From Candidatus Poribacteria bacterium (GTDB taxonomy: Bacteria; Poribacteria; WGA-4E; UBA9662), in the NCBI GenBank assembly GCA_046582655.1, contig JAYGDX010000367.1, forward strand, positions 1 to 52,195: 52,195 nucleotides of DNA, given 5' to 3'. Of this stretch, positions 30,454-40,801 are shown in pieces. Each line of letters opens with the position of its first letter. Positions within the stretch are counted from its first letter, which is position 1. Under the pieces are notes generated by a model. That model searched no databases and had not been told where the DNA came from. It was given only the letters and a program-made list of their open reading frames with translations. Both the position numbers and the translations under genes were made by a program.

Positions 30454-31485
30454 CTATTTGTGGATCGACTGAATTTTCTGCCATAGTATATCATTAACAA
30501 AAATTCCGTCCTTTAATCGTTTCTTCCTTGTCAGAGCTTCTGGTTCTCCGGAGACAAGAATCCTATCAAATCCGGAAGCAGTGGGAGAAGATTTGACATG
30601 TTCAATCAATTGTTGAACTTGTTGGTAAAAGGTTGTCAGCGGCGTAAATTTTTGAATGTCAATCACGCAGATAAAAACGCCGTCAGTATATGGATCTAGT
30701 GGCATATCGGGTCGACAACATCCTGCAGTAGAAAGTCCACCTGCCAGAATATCAACAATCAACGATAACCCAAAACCTTTATGTCCAACGGCACTACCAA
30801 ATGTAAGCAGTGCCCCATTTGGAGAATCATAAAAATCTGCTGTACTTGTGGATGGTTGTCCATTAGAATCAATTATCCAACCCTCTGGCACCTCTTCTCC
30901 TTTGTTATGTAGATCACGCAGTTTTCCTTCCGGTGCCATACTGGTTGCCATATCTAAAACGATCGGGATTTCGCCACCGGTGGGAACGGCGATAGAAAAA
31001 GGATTGGTTCCAAGACGCCTGCCAATTCCACCAAAAGGAGCAACTTGTTGACCGCAACCGCCAGCATTTACCATTATGATCCCAATCATATCCTCTTTGG
31101 TTGCCATTACGGTGTAACTCCCAAGACGTCCAGTATGACTGCAATTATGTACACTAACAGCACTAATAGTAAACTGCTTGGCTTTATCGATTGCTAACTC
31201 CATAGCTTTTTGGGTGACTATCTGACCAAATCCATTGTTACCGTTAATTGATGCACTCGATGGAGTCTCTTGCATGATTTCTATCTTGGTACGGGGAACA
31301 ATTCTTCCCTGTCGAATGTATTCAGCATATTGAGGAATTCGCAAAACACCATGGGAATCGACACCTGACAAACTAGCCTCAACCAGATGATCGGCAACAA
31401 TTTCTGCTTCCTCTGTTGGTATATCTAGTCGCTCAAAATTGTCTACTGCAATTTTTTTTAATTGTTCGGCCGTAAATGTGGGCAT
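30454..31485 (-). CDS. Ldh_2 family oxidoreductase
   Basis: SLSGVDSHG, SHTGRLG, LGTNP, VLDMATS, GHKGFGL. Confidence 0.9.
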   Translation of the reverse strand: MPTFTAEQLKKIAVDNFERLDIPTEEAEIVADHLVEASLSGVDSHGVLRIPQYAEYIRQGRIVPRTKIEIMQETPSSASINGNNGFGQIVTQKAMELAIDKAKQFTISAVSVHNCSHTGRLGSYTVMATKEDMIGIIMVNAGGCGQQVAPFGGIGRRLGTNPFSIAVPTGGEIPIVLDMATSMAPEGKLRDLHNKGEEVPEGWIIDSNGQPSTSTADFYDSPNGALLTFGSAVGHKGFGLSLIVDILAGGLSTAGCCRPDMPLDPYTDGVFICVIDIQKFTPLTTFYQQVQQLIEHVKSSPTASGFDRILVSGEPEALTRKKRLKDGIFVNDILWQKIQSIHK

Positions 31486-31616
31486 ATATTTTTTCCCCTG
31501 ATGAGTTCGATAAAACGTAAATCTCCCAAACCGTTAGGTATATTAGAGAGTCTTATTGGTATTAGATTGATGTTTCAAATACACAATGAAATTGATAAGC
31601 GTGTGCAATATGACCC

Positions 31617-32375
31617 TCAAAACTCATAGACTTCAGATCGATGGCTACCAACTTTGTGTCGACACAGGTCCTGAAGCTCTTTTGGCATCCGTTCAAACAC
31701 CTCAGGGAAAACCGGTTGGTGACCACCTTCACGTGCGCAGTTCCACCAAGCTGGGTAATAAGCGATATTTAATGCCATTCGATGATGATCCTGACTTATG
31801 TTGGGACCATTGGTATGCCAAACGCCGCCATGCCATAACACCACTGATCCGCGACGGCCGACTATAGGATGGATACGTTTATCATCAGGACTTAGTCCCA
31901 TTGGGCTTCGCCTAGATTTATGGCTCATGGGCACAAAAACTGTCGCACCATTTTCTTCTGTGAAATCAGTTATCATCCAAATAGAATTAATTAACCATGG
32001 GACGTCCGGAAAAGGTTGTGGCAAATCGTGCGTAGAATCCACATGGATACCTCCCATTGGCGCGCTAGGCTTAATCCATTTCGTACAGGCTTCCCCCAAT
32101 CGTGCATTTGGCCCTAGAAAATGGCGAACAACCTCAAGCACACATGGATGAGCAATGCAGTCCCAACACATTTCGTCTTTATTGATGGTTCCGAAAAGCG
32201 TTTGATTGATTCCGCTAATTTCACCTGGGCTTTGTAAGTTCGAGTGGGAGTTGGGATCTTCGTGTATCTGAAAGTATTTCTCCGCCATCCGATCGCAACG
32301 ATCTGTTGGAATCGCGTCCTCTATTAAACAGTAACCATAAACGTTTAAGTGCTCGATTACTTCGCATGATGACAT
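31617..32375 (-). CDS. Phytanoyl-CoA dioxygenase (PhyH) family Fe(II)/2OG enzyme
   Basis: GYCLIEDA, IHVD (HxD), WMITDFTEENGATVFVPMSH, VWHTNGPN, HRMA. Confidence 0.9.
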   Translation of the reverse strand: MSSCEVIEHLNVYGYCLIEDAIPTDRCDRMAEKYFQIHEDPNSHSNLQSPGEISGINQTLFGTINKDEMCWDCIAHPCVLEVVRHFLGPNARLGEACTKWIKPSAPMGGIHVDSTHDLPQPFPDVPWLINSIWMITDFTEENGATVFVPMSHKSRRSPMGLSPDDKRIHPIVGRRGSVVLWHGGVWHTNGPNISQDHHRMALNIAYYPAWWNCAREGGHQPVFPEVFERMPKELQDLCRHKVGSHRSEVYEF

Positions 32376-32486
32376 CCTGAATGCTCCCGTGATTTAATTA
32401 TGAATCCACTCCGACTTTTAAAAAACTGCGATTGGAACTCTGTTTTCAGACTAAGACCAAAAGCAAATGAAATCTTGTCAATTCAG

Positions 32487-32856
32487 CTGAAAAAGATAAT
32501 TATTAACGACAAGTTTTATATGCCACCGGTTTATGGCAAGCTTGCTCGCTGGCTGAACAGCAAGGAATCCCGTAAGACCATCGTTCATAGCCGAACTAAT
32601 AGGGTTGCGTTTGGCACCTGTGTATGAAGAATAAAGGCTTTAGAGGGATCCCCGGCTTTGTTGAATAGAATGTAACCAACCTTTAGCCCAAGTAGCAGCG
32701 TCTTTCAATTCTCCGTTACCTCCAACACTGCTTCGTTTCCTTTTCCTTCATCGAATAACCAGGTACCAATGAGACCTGCCTCACTTTGAGCAGCGAACAT
32801 AGATGTTATAAGCAAATAGAAGAGAAAAAACTTAACTTGTTTGTAATAGGTTTCAT
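32487..32856 (-). pseudogene. Collapsed LamG protein relic (N- and C-termini only)
   Basis: Minus strand reads VKFFLFYLLITSMFAAQSEAGLIGTWLFDEGKGNEA, then GGNGELKDAATWAKG in another frame, then ISSAMNDGLTGFLAVQPASKLAINRWHIK. The LamG core is missing. Confidence 0.75.
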
Positions 32857-32896
32857 TAACTTGATGATCCTAAATACTCCAAACTCATTCTTGAAG

Positions 32897-33721
32897 TTAA
32901 TATTTCTTTTTCAAGATTCCCCAAGCCATTGGTAATTTACCACGCGCTCTCACTGCCAGCGTTTCAGCTAAACCTGTCTCTACTATTGCTTTAATCTCTG
33001 CTGCTGACATGGCTTCATCATAAATAAAAGTTTCGGAAATAGTTCCCTGATGCCGCCGGTTGAACACATCGTGAGACCAACCTAACGGCCCATCGCCGGG
33101 ATCTATTTCATTAACCTCGCCTTTTTTTTTACCTTTCATAACACCATTGACAAAAACTTTAACTACACTTCCGTCATAGGTAGCAGCAGTATGAACCCAA
33201 TCTTTGGTTGTCCATTTCCCAGGATTCGGGTCAGCCATCGGCAAGGTGTCGGCTGCGCTAGTTCCAACCCAACCGCCGGCATGCGCCCAAAAGAAAAGTT
33301 TCCATCCACCACCCCCTGCGGACGGATGCAATACCCATCCACCTGCGTCTGCGCTATCCATTTTACGAGGAATACCGCTACAGCAATCCGGGAGGCCTGA
33401 AATTATAGTCCAGCACCCAACAGTAATTCCTTCCGGCGTATCGAATATTCCACCGGGGTCCTCAACGCGACAAAAAGTCTTATCATCAAGAAATAGCGCT
33501 GTACGCGGTTTGCCATAGGGACCATTAATCCATTTGGCATCTGGACCAAGGGTAATCTCACCATGTCGGTTATGGCCGGAAGAATCTTTCATGACTTTTC
33601 CACCATCGTTTAGGAGCCAAGCCCCCATGAATTCGCCACCTTGAGCCGTCGGTATCCACACATTGCCACCAAACCCGAATGTTAACGGAACAAGAATCCA
33701 TATCGTAAGAAATCGGTGCAT
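32897..33721 (-). CDS. Secreted LamG domain protein with conserved C-terminal tail
   Basis: Signal-like N-terminus, GAWLLND, ITVGCW, WVHTAATYDG, VFVNG, GTISETFIYD; tail LAVRARGKLPMAWGILKKKY. Confidence 0.87.
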   Translation of the reverse strand: MHRFLTIWILVPLTFGFGGNVWIPTAQGGEFMGAWLLNDGGKVMKDSSGHNRHGEITLGPDAKWINGPYGKPRTALFLDDKTFCRVEDPGGIFDTPEGITVGCWTIISGLPDCCSGIPRKMDSADAGGWVLHPSAGGGGWKLFFWAHAGGWVGTSAADTLPMADPNPGKWTTKDWVHTAATYDGSVVKVFVNGVMKGKKKGEVNEIDPGDGPLGWSHDVFNRRHQGTISETFIYDEAMSAAEIKAIVETGLAETLAVRARGKLPMAWGILKKKY

Positions 33722-33872
33722 GTTTTAAAAGTCTCCCTTTTTTAAATTAAAATTGATTCGACATGTTACAAAACTCAACATGCCAATACATGCTTGAATG
33801 GCGTATCAAGTGCATAATAAGAATTTCATTCACTACCATGTTGTTCTCGCCAGGAATTCTATTAAGCTCAAA

Positions 33873-34850
33873 TTATTGCTTCATTACCCCCCAAAAAGTG
33901 TTTAATTTCTCGATCAATTCTATTGGGCTCCATTGTGCGCCTTTCCAAGACGGGAAGTAGATATGTGCTACTATTCCGGTGTCTATGTCTTTTTTTTGCG
34001 CTAAATCCCGTATGGCAAGTCGAAGAGGTTGAGCTGGGGCGGTATAAACCATCTTTGTGCCATCCGGTGACCAATATGGAGCCACACCGGCCTTAGCAAT
34101 TTTTTTTACGTTTTGTCCATCAATTGCATCCATTGTATAAATAGCAGCGCCCTTACCATCACGGGTGGAAGTGAATGCAATTTGTCTTCCATCTGGTGAC
34201 CATGAAGCCCGATCATCCTTTGCTGGGTCATCAGTTAGAAGAATAACATTTTGTCCATCGGCATCCATCTTGTAGATATCCCAATTTCCGCCATTACGAT
34301 TAGAAGTGAACACAATTGATTTGCCGTCCGGTGACCAGTTGGGTTCCTTGTCTGTTTTAGGGTGATTGGTTAGCCGAATAGAATTTTGTCCATTGGCGTT
34401 CATCAGGTAAATTTCCCAGTTGCCATCACGTTTAGACTTGAAACAAATCTTATTTCCTTTCGGTGACCAGGCGGGTTCCTTATCGTCTTTCTCTGATTTG
34501 CTCAGATTCTTCGGATTCGCACCGTCGAAGTTCATCAGAAAGATTTCATAATTTGCGTTTCCTTTACGATTGGTGTCGAAAGCAATCTGAGTTCCATCTG
34601 GTGACCAGGTTGGGTGACCATTGCGTTGACCTTGGGCTTCCTGCTGGGTAAGGTTCAGCGGCTCGAGTTTCCCTTCTTCATCTATAAGGAAGATATTAGA
34701 GTGTTGATGCCCCATAGAAAATGCGATAACTGGTTCTTGATTGAAGGCAACATCCGTTGTTATAAAGAACATTCCGCCAAACAGGAAGAAACATCGCCAG
34801 AATGTAGGTAGCGATAACCAAAGCTGTCGATTTATATTACCACCCATCAC
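33873..34850 (-). CDS. Secreted TolB-like (PD40 repeat) beta-propeller protein with conserved C-terminal tail
   Basis: Five WSP(D/K)G repeats with IAF/IVF strands, hydrophobic N-terminus, tail SPIELIEKLNTFWGVMKQ. Confidence 0.88.
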   Translation of the reverse strand: MMGGNINRQLWLSLPTFWRCFFLFGGMFFITTDVAFNQEPVIAFSMGHQHSNIFLIDEEGKLEPLNLTQQEAQGQRNGHPTWSPDGTQIAFDTNRKGNANYEIFLMNFDGANPKNLSKSEKDDKEPAWSPKGNKICFKSKRDGNWEIYLMNANGQNSIRLTNHPKTDKEPNWSPDGKSIVFTSNRNGGNWDIYKMDADGQNVILLTDDPAKDDRASWSPDGRQIAFTSTRDGKGAAIYTMDAIDGQNVKKIAKAGVAPYWSPDGTKMVYTAPAQPLRLAIRDLAQKKDIDTGIVAHIYFPSWKGAQWSPIELIEKLNTFWGVMKQ

Positions 34851-35137
34851 GCGCTAACCCCCTATTGATGTGCTCTATAACCACATTTAAAGATATCAAA
34901 ACAAACAAATTTGACTATTTATAATGTTCATTTATACCCTAAAATCAATTGGACTTTAAAATCGATTAACAAACAATAAATATATTAATAGGGTATTGGT
35001 AGTGGAATTATCCTAGTATAAAAGTTAAATTGAATTTAACTTTTCGAATATAATGCTTTTGATAATTCTCAGATCAAAAAAACTTGAAGTAAGATTTTTG
35101 TTTAATTCAAATTTAAGATCCAATATAGGTTACTTTT

Positions 35138-37078
35138 ATGAGTAAATTTTCTTCATCAGCTAAGGACAATCAAGCTCACAATATTCGACTTTATGTGATT
35201 GTGATTGGTCTTATTTTAGTTGTTGTAAATTCCTATTGGATCTCAATGAATGATTTTCTAAAGGGATTGAATCACACCTATATGTCACTTTTCAGCAATG
35301 CCATTTTCACCCTTTTTGGGCTGATTTTGATAAATCTCTTGGCAAGAAAATTTTTGCCGAGATTGGCATTTACGGAATCTGATAACTTAGTCATCTATGT
35401 CATGATTGTTGTGGTTTCAACCCTTTCTGGTCACCGAATGACCAGGTTTTTAGGTCCTATAGCACATCCATTTAAATTCACGACTGCGGAAAACGACTGG
35501 AGAGATCTATTTTGGAGGTACATACCTGACTGGTTTACGCCTAGAGATACAAGGGTATTAGACCTCTTTTTTTCAGGCGAGTCTTCATTGTTCACCTTAA
35601 ATCATATTTTGGCTTGGATTGGTCCAACACTATACTGGTCGGGGTTCCTGTTTGCACTTTACATAATGCTAATCTGTCTCAATGTCATTATTAGAAAACA
35701 GCTTACAGATTATGAACGACTCACTTATCCTATTACGTGGATGCCTCTGGAAATGAGTCGGGATGGTTCGTCCTTCTTAAAGAACAAATTAATGTGGATT
35801 GGATTTGCTATGGCAGCCAGCATTAGTTTTCTAAACGGCTTGAGGGCTTTCCATCCGTCGCTCCCGTATCTTAAGGTGGGATGGCGTGTCATTGAGTTTT
35901 CAGATAAGCCGTGGAGCTATATGGGGCAAACACGCATATCTTTTCAACCGTTTGTCATCGGTCTCTCTTTTTTTATGCCGCTGGATCTTTCATTCTCAGC
36001 ATGGTTTTTTTATCTGTTTAAAAAAATAGTACAGTTGCTGGTTGGAACCACGACGGGTTTGCGTAACCTATATTTCATTGAACAATCCATGGGTGCCTGG
36101 ATAGGGTTAGGTATCCTGACACTTTGGCTAGCGCGTAAACACTTAAAACAGATATTTCTACAAGTGTTCAGGGGCCGAAACATAATCGATGAGTCGAAAG
36201 AGCCTATGAATTATCGTACTGCTATTTGGGGCATTGTATTAGCTCTTGTTTTTTTCCTGTTTTTCTCTTATAAATCTGGATTGTCCTTGTGGGTGATCTT
36301 GCTTTTCTTAACAATATATTGCTTCATCGGGATTGGGGTAACCAAGATTAGAAGTGGGCTTGGGCTCGCTGTACATGAAATGCTGATGATAGATCCCTCA
36401 CGCGCGATTACAGAGACTCTGGGGACACGGATTATTGGTCCCAGAAACTTGACCGTTCTTTCCTTTTTCTATGGGCTGGCTCGTGATCAGGCTGCTCACC
36501 CAATGCCGAGTCAACTTGAGGGATTCAGAATCGCAGAGCAATCAAAGACAAATATCAGGAAACTATTATCAGCTGTAATCATTGCTCTGTTAGTTGGTAT
36601 ACCGGTTAATTTTATAATTTACCTCCATCTTTCATATCACTATGGTGCTGGTGTCTGGTCGGAAATTGCACATATGGGTCGGGAGAGCTTTGCTAATCGT
36701 CTTCAGTTATGGTTGACTTCCCCTACCCCACACGACTATTCTACAATGACCTTTATGGGTGTCGGCTTCGGGATTACGAGTCTTCTACTAGCTCTGAAAA
36801 TGAGATTTCTCTGGTGGCCATTCCATCCTATTGGCTTTGTCCTAGGGGTTAGTCCGGCTGAGATGGTTTATATCTGGGTTCCAGTCTTTATTAGTTGGTT
36901 TCTCAAGTTGATTATTCTGAAGTATGGTGGGTTAAAAGCATACCGCAAGGCAATACCATTTTTCGTAGGTTTGATTCTTGGAGACTATACAATGGGAGGA
37001 ATCTGGAGTATTGTTAATGCGACATTCAATATCACAACCTACAACATGGGATGGCATCCAGTTCCATGGTGGGAATAG
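35138..37078 (+). CDS. Polytopic membrane protein, DUF6785/DUF6784 type (putative OPT-like transporter)
   Basis: RKQLTDYERLTYP, PLDLSFS, HPMPSQLEGFRIA, RFLWWPFHPIGF, KYGGLKAYRKAIPFFVGLILGD; collinear with 17295-19244. Confidence 0.75.
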   Translation: MSKFSSSAKDNQAHNIRLYVIVIGLILVVVNSYWISMNDFLKGLNHTYMSLFSNAIFTLFGLILINLLARKFLPRLAFTESDNLVIYVMIVVVSTLSGHRMTRFLGPIAHPFKFTTAENDWRDLFWRYIPDWFTPRDTRVLDLFFSGESSLFTLNHILAWIGPTLYWSGFLFALYIMLICLNVIIRKQLTDYERLTYPITWMPLEMSRDGSSFLKNKLMWIGFAMAASISFLNGLRAFHPSLPYLKVGWRVIEFSDKPWSYMGQTRISFQPFVIGLSFFMPLDLSFSAWFFYLFKKIVQLLVGTTTGLRNLYFIEQSMGAWIGLGILTLWLARKHLKQIFLQVFRGRNIIDESKEPMNYRTAIWGIVLALVFFLFFSYKSGLSLWVILLFLTIYCFIGIGVTKIRSGLGLAVHEMLMIDPSRAITETLGTRIIGPRNLTVLSFFYGLARDQAAHPMPSQLEGFRIAEQSKTNIRKLLSAVIIALLVGIPVNFIIYLHLSYHYGAGVWSEIAHMGRESFANRLQLWLTSPTPHDYSTMTFMGVGFGITSLLLALKMRFLWWPFHPIGFVLGVSPAEMVYIWVPVFISWFLKLIILKYGGLKAYRKAIPFFVGLILGDYTMGGIWSIVNATFNITTYNMGWHPVPWWE

Positions 37079-37159
37079 GGTGAATTTAAATATTCGATCA
37101 ACCCGACCGAAATTTGGTGTGCCATATGCTTTGTAGCCCGTGAACCGAGACAAATAACT

Positions 37160-37948
37160 GTGGAACTGACGCTATATCAAATTGATGCTTTTACCAATCA
37201 GGTGTTTTCCGGAAATCCGGCGGCTGTCTGTCCTCTTAAAGTATGGTTGCCAGATTCCATCCTACAAGCGATTGCTGAGGAGAACAACCTTTCAGAAACG
37301 GCCTATTACGTCCCAACGGGATCGGGATTCCATATTAGATGGTTTACCCCTTCTTCAGAAGTTGATTTATGTGGTCACGCAACGTTGGCAGCAGCTTATG
37401 TCATTTTCGAACTAGCCGCTCATTCTACAAGCACAATCATATTCACATCAAGAAGTGGTGAATTAATTGTACATCGTAGCCATGATTTGTTAGTTATGGA
37501 TTTTCCATCTCAACCACCATCTCCCTGTAAAACGCCGCAGGCTCTAAGAGATAGTTTGAGCCAAGAACCAATAGAGGTCCTATCAGCTGAAGATTATATG
37601 GCTGTCTATGCCGAACAAGATGATATCCTCACCATTAAGCCTGACTTTGAGAAACTTAAATCCCTTGACTTACGCGGTGTCATTATTACTGCTAAAGGGA
37701 AAAACGTCGATTTTGTCAGCCGCTTCTTCGCCCCAAAATTTGGTATTTATGAAGATCCTGTTACTGGCTCGGCTCATTGTGAATTGACACCATATTGGGC
37801 AAAAGAGCTGGGAAGAAGTCAACTCGTCGCCAAGCAACTTTCTCAGCGAGGTGGCATCATCCAATGTGAACTAAAAGGAGATCGAGTACTGTTATCGGGG
37901 AAAGCCGTTAAGTACATGGAAGGGCGAATTGTATTATCCCATTACTAA
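37160..37948 (+). CDS. PhzF family epimerase/isomerase
   Basis: QIDAFT..FSGNPAAV, NLSETAY, RWFTP..EVDLCGHATLA, SRFFAP..EDPVTGSAHC. Confidence 0.93.
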   Translation: MELTLYQIDAFTNQVFSGNPAAVCPLKVWLPDSILQAIAEENNLSETAYYVPTGSGFHIRWFTPSSEVDLCGHATLAAAYVIFELAAHSTSTIIFTSRSGELIVHRSHDLLVMDFPSQPPSPCKTPQALRDSLSQEPIEVLSAEDYMAVYAEQDDILTIKPDFEKLKSLDLRGVIITAKGKNVDFVSRFFAPKFGIYEDPVTGSAHCELTPYWAKELGRSQLVAKQLSQRGGIIQCELKGDRVLLSGKAVKYMEGRIVLSHY

Positions 37949-38051
37949 GTTATAGGCGACTTTCAGCTCATTTGCTCAGCAATTCAGACCAATCGTATTG
38001 CTGATTACAAACTTCAATGTTTTATGAAATTGAAAAGGGAATTAAAAAAAC

Positions 38052-39026
38052 ATGGAATATAAACTGATTGGGAACACCGGAATTATGGTTTCATCTTTAT
38101 GCTTTGGAACGATGTCTTTTGGCGGTGATGCCGATGAAGTGACTTCAGCTGCAATGTTTCATCGCTGCCGAGAAGTGGGGATTAATTTCTTTGATTGCGC
38201 AGATGTTTATAATAATGGAATGTCAGAAGAAATACTGGGGCAGTTTATCTCCGATTGTCGTGAGGAAGTGATTGTAACCAGCAAAGTTTATGCACCCACT
38301 GGCGATGATGTGAATGCCAGAGGGGCCAATCGCAAACACATTATGTTCGGTATTGAAAAGAGTTTGGCTCGGCTCAAAACAGATTACCTCGATTTCTATT
38401 TTATTCATCGTTTTGACGATAACACACCGATAGCAGAAACGGTACGGGCTTTAGACGATTTAGTTAAACAGGGGAAAATCCTGTATCCCGCAGCCAGTAA
38501 CTTTGCCGCTTGGCAAATTGCAAAGGCGCTAGGCATTGCTGAAAAGGAGAGTCTTTCGAGATTTGAGTGTATTCAGCCGATGTATAGTTTGGTTAAACGT
38601 CAAGCTGAAGTTGAAATTCTGCCATTAGCGGAAGCCGAAAATTTAGGTGTTATTCCTTATAGCCCATTAGGCGCTGGTATGCTGACGGGAAAATATGGAC
38701 CTACCCACAAACCAGAAAGTGGACGATTGATTGATAACCAGATATATAAAATCCGATATAGTGCGGAATGGATGTACGACGCAGCCGATGATTTCACCAA
38801 TTTTGCTCATCAGCATGGTTTTGATCCTATTGGCTTAGCCGTTGCTTGGGTGGCTAGTCATCCAGCGGTTACTGCCCCAATTATTGGAGCACGCAATCTA
38901 GATCAACTGGAAGGTTCACTCAAATCTTTGCAAATTAAAATCAGTCCCGATCTGCGAGACGAAATTTCTGGATTGTCCCCTGAGCCACCGCCAGCAACTG
39001 ACCGAAATGATGAACGGGCAAAATAA
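38052..39026 (+). CDS. Aldo/keto reductase
   Basis: LCFGTM, FFDCADVY, SK, YFIH (catalytic D/Y/K/H), SNF, YSPLGAG, PIIGAR. Confidence 0.93.
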   Translation: MEYKLIGNTGIMVSSLCFGTMSFGGDADEVTSAAMFHRCREVGINFFDCADVYNNGMSEEILGQFISDCREEVIVTSKVYAPTGDDVNARGANRKHIMFGIEKSLARLKTDYLDFYFIHRFDDNTPIAETVRALDDLVKQGKILYPAASNFAAWQIAKALGIAEKESLSRFECIQPMYSLVKRQAEVEILPLAEAENLGVIPYSPLGAGMLTGKYGPTHKPESGRLIDNQIYKIRYSAEWMYDAADDFTNFAHQHGFDPIGLAVAWVASHPAVTAPIIGARNLDQLEGSLKSLQIKISPDLRDEISGLSPEPPPATDRNDERAK

Positions 39027-39037
39027 ACAAAACTTGG

Positions 39038-39647
39038 ATGATCGATTTCAGCTTGTCTAAAGATTGCTATGGGACTCTGATTTTGATCGGGTGTTGAGCA
39101 TCCTCTCGGCTCTTCGGCCTTTGTTATCGTTGCTGGATAGAATTTGACGACGACGAAATATTGGAATTGCACGCAAAATTTGAATTGAGAATACAGGCAG
39201 GAACTTATTGCAAGTATCGAATGGTTTTAAGAGAAGTTGTGCTGGAATTTGGTCGACACTCTCAATTCACTCCTAGCAACTCAGACTTGCGGTTTCTAGA
39301 AGAGTCCTTAAGCAATTGGCAACCTTTTTTGGATACTGTCGATTCGCTAAAACAATTAGCTGATAAGTTCAAACTAGCCACCATTTCAAACATAGATGAT
39401 GATATGTTTGCTTATTCTGTTAATCGTTTACAAGTAATGTTCGATTATGTTATAACTGCCGAGTCAACTCAATCCTATAAGCCATCGCATAATAATTTCA
39501 ACTTGGCTTTGGATTGCATTGAAGTTGCAAAGGGTGAAATTCTTAATGTTGTCCAAAATGTTTATCACAACATTGTGCCAGCTAAGCTAAACCGAGTTTA
39601 GAATCCCCCCTGATTTGGCATCATTTGTCCAAGTCGGCAGGATTTAG
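39038..39647 (+). pseudogene. Haloacid dehalogenase type II (HAD) pseudogene
   Basis: MIDF...DCYGTLI (motif I, 39062) is separated by a stop and frameshifts from ILSALRPLL and from ORF 39161-39601 (ISNIDD, SYKPSHNNF, YHNIVPA); a PDLASF remnant follows the stop. Confidence 0.82.
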
Positions 39648-39687
39648 TCGACAATTTTTGTTTTATATAATTTAAATTGGAGTTGAG

Positions 39688-40710
39688 ATGAGTAGCTTAA
39701 TTACCGTAGATCCGAATTTTGACTTGTCGTGGCCGTTTGCCGCTGACCATTTTCATCAACTATGGCAAGAGGAAGGAGAAGTTCAGTTTATTCGTCTGGA
39801 ACATGGTGATGATAGAAGGCTCGGTCAAATTGTCCCGAATACGGCTGGTATTCAGCGATTGGCTTGCTTGGGTGTGACTGTGACGCTAGAATGTTTGAAA
39901 ATTTTTACAGATCTAAAGGAAGCAACTTTTCAAGGCAGTTACCGCAGTAACCTCGGTGGGGATGATATTCCAGCTTACTTGGAAGAAGCCAATATCAAAG
40001 TATATAACCAAACAAGTGAAGGATTCTGGGGACAATCAGTTTCCGAATATGGTTTGGCCCTTACTTTGTGTGGGCTCAGAAGAATTCCGCAGCTTCATCA
40101 TGAAATTATTACCAATTTAGAGCCATGGAACTACAATCCACCTGAAAATAAGGGCTTACCAGGTGCACGTGGGCATCAATTTGGTGATAATCCAAATTTT
40201 AGCAGTGGGACAATTGCCGGCAAACGAATTCGTATCGTCGGTGCGGGTAATATTGGTAGCCGTTACGCAAGTTTTGTTAACATGTTAGGTGCTGACGTTG
40301 CCACTTGGGATCCTTTTGCTAGTGAACCGTGCTTTCACCGAGCGGGAACGCGTAAAGAATGGCATCTGAATGAATTGGTCAAAGATGCCGAAATCTTTGT
40401 ACCAATGGTTCCCCTTTCGAACTCGACGCGTGGTATTGTCACCGCTGATCATATTAATGCATTGCCCAAAGGGTGTTTAGTGGTACTGGTAACTCGCGCG
40501 TTAATATGCGACATTTCAACCTTGAGAAAACGAGTTTTGGCAGACGAACTCAGCCTTGCTGCGGATGTTTGGGACGTAGAACCGTTACCGCTTGATGACC
40601 CCCTGTTAGGGAGGCACAATGTTGTACATACTCCCCATAACGCGGGAAGAACAATTGATGCTAACTGTGCATGGGCAGAGAAACTAGCGGTTCAATTCAG
40701 CCCTGTCTGA
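39688..40710 (+). CDS. D-isomer-specific 2-hydroxyacid dehydrogenase family protein
   Basis: GAGNIG, VPL..STRG, VTRA, DVWDVEP, HTPHNAG. Confidence 0.85.
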   Translation: MSSLITVDPNFDLSWPFAADHFHQLWQEEGEVQFIRLEHGDDRRLGQIVPNTAGIQRLACLGVTVTLECLKIFTDLKEATFQGSYRSNLGGDDIPAYLEEANIKVYNQTSEGFWGQSVSEYGLALTLCGLRRIPQLHHEIITNLEPWNYNPPENKGLPGARGHQFGDNPNFSSGTIAGKRIRIVGAGNIGSRYASFVNMLGADVATWDPFASEPCFHRAGTRKEWHLNELVKDAEIFVPMVPLSNSTRGIVTADHINALPKGCLVVLVTRALICDISTLRKRVLADELSLAADVWDVEPLPLDDPLLGRHNVVHTPHNAGRTIDANCAWAEKLAVQFSPV

Positions 40711-40801
40711 TAGATCCAAGATTGTAAACTCACCTAATGAATCCGCTCATAATGTGATTCATTATATATTTTATAGGGTGAAACTGAAGGCAACTCAGAT
40801 T

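Noticed and set aside
33122..34107. A8-A9 tracts on the coding strand of the LamG and PD40 genes as phase-variation sites
   Set aside because: The frames are intact and the tracts encode Lys runs, as expected in AT-rich DNA.
33873..34850. tolB call
   Set aside because: No TolB N-terminal domain and no tolQRA or pal neighbours.
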